Virus record (IMG/VR): IMGVR_UViG_3300027754_000005
Location: 3,830-67,829 of that record
DNA: 64,000 nt
Direction: 5' to 3' (one strand)
Source of the DNA: a virus
In this document: positions 55,731 to 64,000 of the stretch, piece after piece
Numbering within the stretch: the stretch's first letter is position 1
How the letters are laid out: each line of letters starts with the position of its first letter
Notes under the pieces: model-generated
Seen by the model: only the letters and a program-made list of their open reading frames with translations
The model's database searches: none
Told to the model about the DNA's origin: nothing
Program-made: the position numbers and the translations under genes

Positions 55731-57365
55731 TTAAGGTGTTCCACCAGCAGTTTCACTGCCAAGTGTAATAAAGTTGCCAGAAGAATCTAATGATGCAATG
55801 TTAGTAGCTCCATATTTAAATATTAGCTTACCACCAGATTCAGTAATAGAAAAGTTGGTTGTGTTGTAATTTGTTGCAATGACTGTAGTTGCGCTAACAG
55901 AACCATTAACCAACAAATTACCAGCGCCTGCGCTAGATGCTGTTCCAATTGAAACACCGCCGCCACTAGTCAAGCGCATTCCCTCGGTGCCATTTGCTTT
56001 GAAAATCAACGGAGCGGCTACGTCGGTACCAAACACGAATATAATGTTGGATGCGTCGTAGTAGCCCTGCGCTCTTACCGTGCCGTTGTTGTACCAGCTC
56101 ATTGTGGTGTACTGTGAGCCGTCGTTGTCAATAATTGCGTTATTGGAGTTGCCACCACGGACGTGCAATGTTGCTACTGGGGTGGCAATGCCGACACCTA
56201 GACGAACGTTGGTTGTGCTCCAGTTAAATAACGAGCTTGTGCTTAGCGCCGTAGACGAACCACCAAACGGTATAAAGTTTGCAGAAATGGTATTTATGCC
56301 AGTGCCACCATGGCCAACTTGCAGTGGATCTGGTAGTGATGTAAACGAAGAGCCGTCTGTTGTGACAATTCCTGCAATAGGATAAGTTATAACGCCAGAA
56401 TATCCACTAAAACCAGAACGACCACTATATCCAGAAACACCAGAGCCGGAATAGCCAGAGATACCGGAATAGCCAGAGATACCTGATATTCCATTAAATC
56501 CACTAAAACCAGAAGTTCCAACTGCGCCGCTATAACCAGAGATACCAGACGCACCACTATAGCCAGAGATACCAGAGCCACTGTAGCCAGATAAACCAGC
56601 GCCGCTGTAACCAGAGATACCACTGTAGCCAGAGATACCAGATGCACCATTAGTTCCGGAGTAGCCACTAAATCCTGATACCCCGTTAGTTCCGGAGTAT
56701 CCACTTATCCCCGAGTATCCACTGGCAGCCGCTGCGCCAGCGGCACCGCTATATCCACTAAATCCTGAAATGCCAGATCCTGAATAACCCGAAATACCAG
56801 AGCCAGAGTATCCGCTGTATCCTGACGCGCCGTTGCTACCAATTGTTCCATTGGTTCCGCTAAATCCGCTATATCCTGATGCGCCATTAGTGCCACTGTA
56901 TCCGGATGTTCCGTTTATGCCACTATAGCCGGAAATACCACTGTAGCCGGACGTACCGTTAACACCAATCGTTCCGTTAGTTCCGCTAAAACCAGAGATA
57001 CCACTGTAGCCAGAGATACCACTGTAGCCAGATATACCACTAAAGCCACTGTAGCCACTAATGCCACTAAAACCACTGTAGCCAGAGAATCCGCTGTAGC
57101 CAGAGATACCACTAAATCCACTGTAGCCACTAATGCCAGATCCGCTGTATCCTGAAATACCAGAGAAGCCACTAAATCCACTAATGCCGCTGTAGCCAGA
57201 AATACCAGCTAATAAGGTAACTACACCAGAGCTATTTTTATAATACAGCTTTCCATCGGCTGTATTAATTGCCAACTCACCTGCGACCAAATTTGCCGCC
57301 AAGGGCACATTAGTTGCAGTGCTGCTGTAGTAAAGCTGTATTGGTGTAAAACCGGATGCGGCCAT
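55731..57365 (-). CDS. Fibre protein with SG(Y/F/I) repeats
   Basis: GELAINTADGKLYYK attachment motif; about 270 aa of repeats; RLGVG...PVATLHV fibre motif. Confidence 0.8.
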   Translation of the reverse strand: MAASGFTPIQLYYSSTATNVPLAANLVAGELAINTADGKLYYKNSSGVVTLLAGISGYSGISGFSGFSGISGYSGSGISGYSGFSGISGYSGFSGYSGFSGISGYSGFSGISGYSGISGYSGISGFSGTNGTIGVNGTSGYSGISGYSGINGTSGYSGTNGASGYSGFSGTNGTIGSNGASGYSGYSGSGISGYSGSGISGFSGYSGAAGAAAASGYSGISGYSGTNGVSGFSGYSGTNGASGISGYSGISGYSGAGLSGYSGSGISGYSGASGISGYSGAVGTSGFSGFNGISGISGYSGISGYSGSGVSGYSGRSGFSGYSGVITYPIAGIVTTDGSSFTSLPDPLQVGHGGTGINTISANFIPFGGSSTALSTSSLFNWSTTNVRLGVGIATPVATLHVRGGNSNNAIIDNDGSQYTTMSWYNNGTVRAQGYYDASNIIFVFGTDVAAPLIFKANGTEGMRLTSGGGVSIGTASSAGAGNLLVNGSVSATTVIATNYNTTNFSITESGGKLIFKYGATNIASLDSSGNFITLGSETAGGTP

Positions 57366-57368
57366 TTT

Positions 57369-57803
57369 TTATTCCTTAAGATGTTCTAAAACGATCTTGG
57401 GTTTGACAAATCGTTCGTTCTGGTGGTCAACAAATTCCCACCAGAGAAATTGGTTTTCTGCTAAATGTTTTCTATCGGCTAGTAGGTTAATGTTTTCTGG
57501 GTGTCCGTATATTAATGGATCAGATACTCCCCACAACACAATTCCTTTTTTGCCTTCGTCCCATCCCAGGTGTTGAAAAAAGCTGTCACAAGAGATCCAG
57601 GTACGGCATTCTTGAATTAGCTTACGCAATTCTGTAATGGGTAAATTCTTTCTAAAGTCGGAAACTAACTGCTCTTCTCCCTCAATTCCAACCTGGACAA
57701 TTGGCTCGTCAATCATTGCGATCAACTCTTTCCAGTACGGATAATTCTTTGGGTTTTGCTTACCGCTAAGTAATGCTTTGGAGTATGGTGAAATAATAAT
57801 CAT
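57369..57803 (-). CDS. GT9 (heptosyltransferase)-like C-terminal domain protein
   Basis: KNYPYW..L...VQVG...ISCDSFFQHL...GIVLWG..DP...GH..N. Confidence 0.75.
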   Translation of the reverse strand: MIIISPYSKALLSGKQNPKNYPYWKELIAMIDEPIVQVGIEGEEQLVSDFRKNLPITELRKLIQECRTWISCDSFFQHLGWDEGKKGIVLWGVSDPLIYGHPENINLLADRKHLAENQFLWWEFVDHQNERFVKPKIVLEHLKE

Positions 57804-58768
57804 AGGTACAGCTTTCTGTACGCATTCTCTAAACTATCTTTCCACTTCCACTGGTCCATCTTTTTATAGACGTTCCAGTGATCTATGTCACCAAATAGGT
57901 GTTGTGCCTCTGCTATCGACTTCCCGGGAACCACTTCAGGGTAACAAGTAAACACTTCAGCATTAGGTATTGAAGGAAGTACATGGCTGAATACAAGATG
58001 GTCACCAAGACCACAATTAAGCACCACAATGGTACGATCACGATATTGTAAAATATTTCTAAAAATCTGTTCATCATGTTCATACATTTCCTTCTTTGTT
58101 TCGCTGCGAATTCCACCCTCGGGATTCTTCATGTGCCACGTTACTGCGTTGGGTACCGCTAAAATTTGGTAGCCTTTTTGTTTAAGGCCATAAGTAAACA
58201 ACGTCTCTTCCCGATGTGCTACCCGTGAAAGACCCAAATTAAAATCGCACACGCCAGCACGATATAAGAAAGTGCAGTGTAAATGTTCAACTTGCTTTTC
58301 CTCTTTTATAACACCCCATTGGATGTTTGGTTCGGAGTCGATGTTATTAATTAGTCCAGTAACTTTTGAGGTGTCTGGCATATACGGTGGGGTTAATACT
58401 GAACCACCCACTGCACCAACACAGTCTTCAGTGTAATAGTAAAGCATTTCTAATACATTAGGCTCTGGTATAGCATCGTCGTCAACGCGCCACACCCAAT
58501 CATAACCCATCATATTGGCACGTTGGTGAATGTGGTGCTGACCTTTTTTGTCAGCAAACAACCATTCCCACGCAATGCCCTTAATGTCTAACATCTGGAA
58601 AAAGTACTGGTAAATCATCTCACTGCGCATGTCTTGCGGCTCGTCGTTATCATCAAAGATGACCAGCTTGTCTACTGGTCTTGTCTGATTGATAATAGCG
58701 TTTAGTACTAAGGGCAGTGTAGTAAAGTACCTGCCCCGTGTTGCCACGGAGCAAAGGACTTTATTCAC
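57800..58768 (-). CDS. GT2-like glycosyltransferase with C-terminal GLGD (GT9 N-terminal-like) segment
   Basis: LVIFDD, WVWRVDDD, HREET; C-terminal VVLNCGLGDHLVF. Confidence 0.8.
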   Translation of the reverse strand: MNKVLCSVATRGRYFTTLPLVLNAIINQTRPVDKLVIFDDNDEPQDMRSEMIYQYFFQMLDIKGIAWEWLFADKKGQHHIHQRANMMGYDWVWRVDDDAIPEPNVLEMLYYYTEDCVGAVGGSVLTPPYMPDTSKVTGLINNIDSEPNIQWGVIKEEKQVEHLHCTFLYRAGVCDFNLGLSRVAHREETLFTYGLKQKGYQILAVPNAVTWHMKNPEGGIRSETKKEMYEHDEQIFRNILQYRDRTIVVLNCGLGDHLVFSHVLPSIPNAEVFTCYPEVVPGKSIAEAQHLFGDIDHWNVYKKMDQWKWKDSLENAYRKLYL

Positions 58769-60035
58769 TAGCAGTCCACCTACAGATCATTAAATTGCAA
58801 GGATTGCTTTCGTCAATCTTTTGCGGCACATCTGTAATAGCGCCGTGTTCGTTGATGTAGTTAAACTCAAAGCCAGGGAAGTGACGCTCGTTTAATCCAT
58901 GCAACTTGTGATGTGGTCCCCAGAAGCCTGGTGGCTCATTCATTGGTACGGTAATCAACAGACGCTTGCAGTGCTTCTTTAACTTCTCAACAATTTCCAT
59001 GCCGGTGTCAAGGTGCTCAATTACTTCAAAGGCCACGATGGTGTCGTACTGCTCAAGCTCGTAGGTGTTAATGTCGCACCACTCAAACTTAGCGTTGTAT
59101 CCCCAGTCTTGCTCTTTGGCCACCTCAACAATAATTGGATCGTAGTCTACGCCGGTGTACTCAATGTCTTTTGGAAAAAACTGAATACCGTATCCGTCAG
59201 AACAACCAATCTCTAAAATCTTTTTACCAAGCAGGTTTTGCTCTGCCCAGGTGTATCTTGTTACTTCGCGCGGGAATACTGGATCGCCCTTGAGGAACAC
59301 TGCGCGTTCCCAAAAGTTTGATAGTCTCCAGCGGTACCACTCCATGTTGTACTTCTTAGCTAACTTTAACGAGTTAGTTAAAAAGATGTTATCCCAGCCT
59401 TGTACCAAGTTAGGGTCGTGCATGGTGCCTTCGCCCTTGTGGTAGATTGGGAACATTCCTGTGTATTGCGTTCCGTCCCACAACTTTTCAAACACTTCTA
59501 GTACTTTAAAGCCAGCCTTTTCGGCCTCAATACAAAACTCGGTGTCTTCACCGCCACCAACGCCGTACTCTTCATTGAGTAGTCCGATGGTATCAAATAC
59601 TTTTTTGTGTATCATTACACAGAAAAACACTAAGAAAAAGCGACCAGCCGGTTCTGAGTTGCCTTTGATGATTCCAGAGATACCGCACTCTGGGTCATTG
59701 AACGGCTTGTCTAAGATGTCAAGCCACTGGTTCGTACTTTGTTCTAGCAGGACCGTGTCATTATTTAGCAGGACAATCTTGTCCGCTGTGGCCACCCTAA
59801 TTGCGGCGTTATTGGCTCCAGAATATCCAAGAGCTTTGTCTGACCAAACAATCTTTAGGTTCGGTACGGCAGTAGCTAGGTAATCTAAATAGGCCTTAGT
59901 GTTGTCTGTGCAGCCATTGGCGCTGATAATCAGCTCAACATCGTCCATGTTGCTGTACTTGATTACCGAGTCTACACAGGGCTTTAGGTACTTTTCACAG
60001 TGATTGTACGTGGGTATTACTACGCTGTATTTCAT
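58761..60035 (-). CDS. GT2 glycosyltransferase fused to SAM-dependent methyltransferase
   Basis: SVVIPTYN, VLLNNDT, GGEDTEFC; ILEIGCSDGYG, GVD, FEVIEHL, ITVP. Confidence 0.9.
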   Translation of the reverse strand: MKYSVVIPTYNHCEKYLKPCVDSVIKYSNMDDVELIISANGCTDNTKAYLDYLATAVPNLKIVWSDKALGYSGANNAAIRVATADKIVLLNNDTVLLEQSTNQWLDILDKPFNDPECGISGIIKGNSEPAGRFFLVFFCVMIHKKVFDTIGLLNEEYGVGGGEDTEFCIEAEKAGFKVLEVFEKLWDGTQYTGMFPIYHKGEGTMHDPNLVQGWDNIFLTNSLKLAKKYNMEWYRWRLSNFWERAVFLKGDPVFPREVTRYTWAEQNLLGKKILEIGCSDGYGIQFFPKDIEYTGVDYDPIIVEVAKEQDWGYNAKFEWCDINTYELEQYDTIVAFEVIEHLDTGMEIVEKLKKHCKRLLITVPMNEPPGFWGPHHKLHGLNERHFPGFEFNYINEHGAITDVPQKIDESNPCNLMICRWTASE

Positions 60036-60082
60036 GCTTTTCCTTTAAAGTTCATACGAACTTAGCTTAAATGATTCTATAT

Positions 60083-60115
60083 CTACTTATGCAAAAAACG
60101 CTTAAAAAACTGCCT
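60083..60115 (-). promoter_or_regulatory. Phage promoter motif heading the glycosyltransferase operon
   Basis: AGGC-N19-GCATAAGTAG. Confidence 0.7.
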
Positions 60116-63011
60116 TTTTAAGTTGTTCTATTTCGGCCCGAAGTTTAATAACTTCTTTTGCCAATTCTATCACAGAAACCATAGCCGCGTTTCCATACAT
60201 TACAGAAAGCATGCCGTTTTCGTCCGACATAACTGCTTCTTTTAATACAGGCTCTAAAGACTGGGCTGTGATACCAGATTCCCGAATGCCTGTTGCTATA
60301 CGCTCGTACGTACCATGTTTAACACCAGCTAATTGCTCAATAAAATCTTCTGGTAGGTCTTTCCAGTTTGTTTTTAATCGTTCGTCAGAACTAGAAACAA
60401 CTGAAACTGCTGTCAATGCTCCAGTAGATGGTAAGAAAGATACGGCGTTTGTGGTTGCTACAGTAGGTGTTTGATTGGATCCAGCGGCTGCTACACCAAC
60501 AATATACTGTGTTGTTGCTGCTGTACTGGCGGTTGCGTTAATAGCAGTAGATGGACCAGAGCCTCCTGCAGGACCACTGTAGCCACTTATGCCGCTTCCA
60601 GAGTAACCAGAAATACCAGAGTATCCACTAAAGCCTGATGTTCCTGCAGTACCATTAGTTCCGCTGTAGCCAGAGATACCACTGTAGCCAGAGATACCAC
60701 TGTAGCCAGAGATACCACTGTAGCCGGAGATACCAGAGTAGCCAGAGATACCAGAGTAGCCAGAGATACCAGAGTAGCCAGAGATACCAGAGTAGCCAGA
60801 GATACCAGAGTAGCCAGAGATACCAGAGTAGCCAGAGATACCACTGTAGCCAGAGATACCAGAGAATCCACTGTAGCCAGAGATACCAGAGAATCCACTA
60901 TAGCCAGAGATACCAGAGAATCCACTATAGCCAGAGATACCAGAGAATCCACTGTAGCCAGAGATACCAGAGAATCCACTATAGCCAGAGATACCAGAGT
61001 AACCACTATAGCCAGAGATACCAGAGTAACCACTATAGCCAGAAATACCAGAGTAGCCAGAGATACCAGAGTAACCACTGTAGCCAGAGATACCAGAGAA
61101 TCCACTATAGCCAGAGATACCACTGTAGCCAGAGATACCAGAGATACCAGAGAATCCACTATAGCCAGAGATACCAGAGATACCACTGTAGCCAGAGATA
61201 CCAGAGTAGCCAGAGATACCAGAGTAGCCAGAGTAGCCAGAGATACCAGAGTAGCCAGAGATACCAGAGTAGCCAGAGATACCACTATAGCCACTATAGC
61301 CAGAGATACCACTATAGCCACTATAGCCAGAGATACCAGAGTAGCCAGATATTCCTGATTGACCAGCAATATCAAAAGTCCAAGCTGCAAATGTTCCAGA
61401 TCCACCCACTAAATCCACATTGACTGTCAACGTGGTAGTTGTGTATGCTGTAATCTGGCCTTCCATAAAGTTAGTGGTGTTATTGATTCTAACTCTTGCA
61501 CCAACCACATAGGCATTTGTGCCTTGTGTTTGATTAACAGTAAACGCTTTTGAACCAGTACCAATTAAAAACGATGTAGTAGAAGTTAAGTTTGCATAAC
61601 CTAAACCACTGTAGCCAGAGATACCACTGTAGCCACTATAGCCAGAGATACCAGAGTAACCACTGTAGCCAGAGATACCACTGTAGCCAGAGATACCACT
61701 GTAGCCAGAGATACCACTGTAGCCAGAGATACCACTGTAGCCAGAGATACCAGAGTAACCAGAGATACCAGAGTAGCCAGAGATACCAGAGTAACCAGAG
61801 ATACCAGAGTAGCCAGAGATACCACTGTAGCCACTGTAACCAGAGATGCCACTGTAGCCAGAGATACCAGATTGACCAGCAATATCAAAAGTCCAAGCTG
61901 CAAAAGTTCCGGATCCTACAGTTAAGTCTACATTGACTGTTAGTGTAGTGGTAGTGTAGGCCGTGATTTGGCCTTCCATAAAATTGGTAGTGTTGTTAAT
62001 TCTAACTCTTGCACCAACTACATACGCGTTAGTTCCTTGGGTTTGGTTTACTGTAAACGCTTTAGAACCAGTGCCAATTAGGAATGATGTTGTAGAGGTT
62101 AGGTTAGCGTAGCCCAATCCACTGTATCCAGATATACCACTATAGCCAGAGATACCACTATAGCCAGAGATACCAGAGTAACCACTATAGCCAGAGATAC
62201 CAGAGTAACCACTATAGCCAGAGATACCAGAACCACTATAGCCAGAGATACCAGAACCACTGTAGCCAGAGATACCAGAGAATCCACTATAGCCAGAGAT
62301 ACCAGAGTAACCACTATAGCCAGAGATACCAGAGTAACCACTATAGCCAGAGATACCAGAGTAACCACTATAGCCAGAGATACCAGAGTAACCACTATAG
62401 CCAGAGATACCAGAACCTGAGTATCCGGAACGCCCACTATAGCCGGAGATACCACTATAGCCAGAGATACCAGAGTAACCACTATAGCCAGAGATACCAG
62501 AGTAACCACTATAGCCAGAGATACCAGAGATGCCACTGTAGCCAGAGATGCCAGAACCACTATAGCCAGAGATACCAGAACCACTATAGCCAGATATACC
62601 AGAACCACTGTAGCCAGAGATACCAGAACCACTGTAGCCAGAACGGCCACTGTAACCAGAGATACCAGAGTATCCACTAAGTCCTTGTGGGCCGACAATT
62701 TGCCCTGCGTCGTACCATGCTGTACCACCCCAGACCCATAAGTTGCCGTCTGCGGTTACGATGTACGCGTCGTTAACTTGGTTGCCTGTAGGTGGTAATG
62801 CTGCAACGGTTGGCACTTCACCTTTTAACGTGATTGATGTACCCTGTGGACCAGAGTAACCAGAGAATCCAGAATAGCCAGAGACGCCAGAGTAGCCAGA
62901 CGCTGGTCCGTTAAATGCAAGCCAAGACACACCGTCCCATGTCCATGTAGAACCGTTGGCAGTGTACTGCTGGTTTATTGACGGCGATGAGGGAAAATTT
63001 AAAGTTGCCAT
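60102..63011 (-). CDS. Long SGY/SGI-repeat fibre with C-terminal intramolecular chaperone (peptidase S74-like)
   Basis: NFPSSP...WTWDG..W N-terminal motif; hundreds of S-G-x triplets; SSDERLK autocleavage site and terminal coiled coil. Confidence 0.85.
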   Translation of the reverse strand: MATLNFPSSPSINQQYTANGSTWTWDGVSWLAFNGPASGYSGVSGYSGFSGYSGPQGTSITLKGEVPTVAALPPTGNQVNDAYIVTADGNLWVWGGTAWYDAGQIVGPQGLSGYSGISGYSGRSGYSGSGISGYSGSGISGYSGSGISGYSGSGISGYSGISGISGYSGYSGISGYSGYSGISGYSGISGYSGRSGYSGSGISGYSGYSGISGYSGYSGISGYSGYSGISGYSGYSGISGYSGFSGISGYSGSGISGYSGSGISGYSGYSGISGYSGYSGISGYSGISGYSGISGYSGLGYANLTSTTSFLIGTGSKAFTVNQTQGTNAYVVGARVRINNTTNFMEGQITAYTTTTLTVNVDLTVGSGTFAAWTFDIAGQSGISGYSGISGYSGYSGISGYSGISGYSGISGYSGISGYSGISGYSGISGYSGISGYSGISGYSGISGYSGYSGISGYSGYSGISGYSGLGYANLTSTTSFLIGTGSKAFTVNQTQGTNAYVVGARVRINNTTNFMEGQITAYTTTTLTVNVDLVGGSGTFAAWTFDIAGQSGISGYSGISGYSGYSGISGYSGYSGISGYSGISGYSGISGYSGYSGISGYSGISGYSGISGISGYSGFSGISGISGYSGISGYSGFSGISGYSGYSGISGYSGISGYSGYSGISGYSGYSGISGYSGFSGISGYSGFSGISGYSGFSGISGYSGFSGISGYSGFSGISGYSGISGYSGISGYSGISGYSGISGYSGISGYSGISGYSGISGYSGISGYSGISGYSGISGYSGTNGTAGTSGFSGYSGISGYSGSGISGYSGPAGGSGPSTAINATASTAATTQYIVGVAAAGSNQTPTVATTNAVSFLPSTGALTAVSVVSSSDERLKTNWKDLPEDFIEQLAGVKHGTYERIATGIRESGITAQSLEPVLKEAVMSDENGMLSVMYGNAAMVSVIELAKEVIKLRAEIEQLKKAVF

Positions 63012-63019
63012 AATTATCT

Positions 63020-64000
63020 TTATGCAGTCTGGTCAAGTAATACTAATGAACAAGCACGAACTGTTAGTGTGCCAGAAGTTACTTTTAAACCTTGAATGTT
63101 TAAAGTTCCAGAAGCAGTTACAACAATTTCACCAATTAATCTGGCAGATGCTTCAGCGGCGGCAGTAGTCCAACAAGTAGTACCAGCCGTTCCAAGTGTA
63201 GTTTGTCGGCTTGTTGCAACAAAAGTTGTTCCAGAAGCCTGTGCAACTTGTATCCATTCAACAGTAGATGTTCCACTAAAAGTAACAGTAAATTGTGCGC
63301 CAGCGGCTGAAGATGATTGACCAACTAATTCAACAATAAAACTATATGAGCCAGCAGTTAAAGTCCTTGTTAAATTAGTAATGTTAGTGAATGCAGTTGT
63401 GGCATTGGTATAAGCATTAGCCACTATCATTTCTGCGCCAGCACCGCTATAGCCAGAGATACCAGAGTAGCCAGAGATACCAGAGTAGCCAGAGTAGCCA
63501 GAGTAGCCAGAGATACCAGAACCACTATAGCCAGAGATACCAGAACCACTGTAGCCAGAGATACCAGATCCACTGTAGCCAGAGATACCAGATCCACTGT
63601 AGCCGGAGATACCAGAGTAGCCAGAGTAGCCAGAGATACCAGAACCACTATAGCCAGAGATACCAGAACCACTGTAGCCAGAGATACCAGATCCACTGTA
63701 GCCGGAGATACCAGATCCAGAATAGCCAGAGATACCAGATCCACTGTAGCCAGAGATACCAGATCCACTGTAGCCGGAGATACCAGATCCAGAATAGCCA
63801 GATATACCAGATCCAGAGTAGCCAGAGATTCCAGATCCAGAGTAGCCAGAGATTCCAGAGTAACCACTATAGCCAGATATACCAGAACCTGAGTAGCCAG
63901 ATATACCAGATCCAGAGTAGCCAGAGATTCCAGAGTAACCACTATAGCCAGATATACCAGATCCAGAATAGCCAGATATACCAGATCCAGAGTAGCCAGA
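63020..64000 (-). CDS. Third SGY-repeat protein, 5'-truncated by the window edge
   Basis: Frame from 64000 reads SGYSGSGISGYSG... continuously into SGAGAEMIVANAYT; the 136-aa track ORF is only its C-terminal domain. Confidence 0.8.
   Translation of the reverse strand, partial: SGYSGSGISGYSGSGISGYSGYSGISGYSGSGISGYSGSGISGYSGYSGISGYSGSGISGYSGSGISGYSGSGISGYSGSGISGYSGSGISGYSGSGISGYSGSGISGYSGSGISGYSGSGISGYSGYSGISGYSGSGISGYSGSGISGYSGSGISGYSGSGISGYSGYSGYSGISGYSGISGYSGAGAEMIVANAYTNATTAFTNITNLTRTLTAGSYSFIVELVGQSSSAAGAQFTVTFSGTSTVEWIQVAQASGTTFVATSRQTTLGTAGTTCWTTAAAEASARLIGEIVVTASGTLNIQGLKVTSGTLTVRACSLVLLDQTA

Noticed and set aside
63020-63430. 136-aa ORF as an independent gene
   Set aside because: It is in frame with the upstream repeat ORF running off the window edge
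60587-63942. Long alternative-frame ORFs (LVSLATVV... and SQRYHC... repeats), including 63427-63942
   Set aside because: Shadow frames of the SGY repeat DNA, which lacks stops in several frames; only the SGY frame joins globular domains
1-64000. Stop-codon reassignment, reverse transcriptase/DGR, integrase
   Set aside because: Core genes are intact in the standard code with all three stops used; no RT or recombinase motifs; the duplicated fibre domain differs at synonymous sites rather than showing adenine-specific variation

Overview
The whole window is a piece of a lytic-looking, podovirus-type tailed dsDNA phage genome. An embedded Rz/Rz1 spanin pair implies a Gram-negative host; no integrase, tRNA, rRNA or CRISPR array was seen. 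Layout: 1-10.7 kb (minus) head and packaging genes (major capsid running off the left edge, scaffold, GroES-like, portal, TerL, a degenerate free-standing intein-like ORF); 10.7-13.1 kb a repeat-rich, largely non-coding control region; 11.8-21 kb (plus) small AT-rich early genes, a sigma70-family factor lacking region 4 and a multi-TRD C5 methyltransferase with a nested second ORF; 21-37 kb (plus) replication genes (primase-helicase, VRR-NUC, SNF2 helicase, TerS, Cas4-like nuclease, SSB, class II RNR, PolA); 37-64 kb (minus) ejection/tail proteins, lysis cassette and three Ser-Gly-Tyr repeat fibre genes surrounding three glycosyltransferase genes. Top leads: (1) a bipartite phage promoter GGGC-N18-GYATWAGTA together with a possible two-gene split sigma factor; (2) a possible fibre glycosylation system; (3) a catalytically dead, possibly domesticated intein protein coupled to TerL; (4) a shared A/K-x-GG motif in internal virion proteins. 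All family assignments come from motif recognition by eye, not from database searches.
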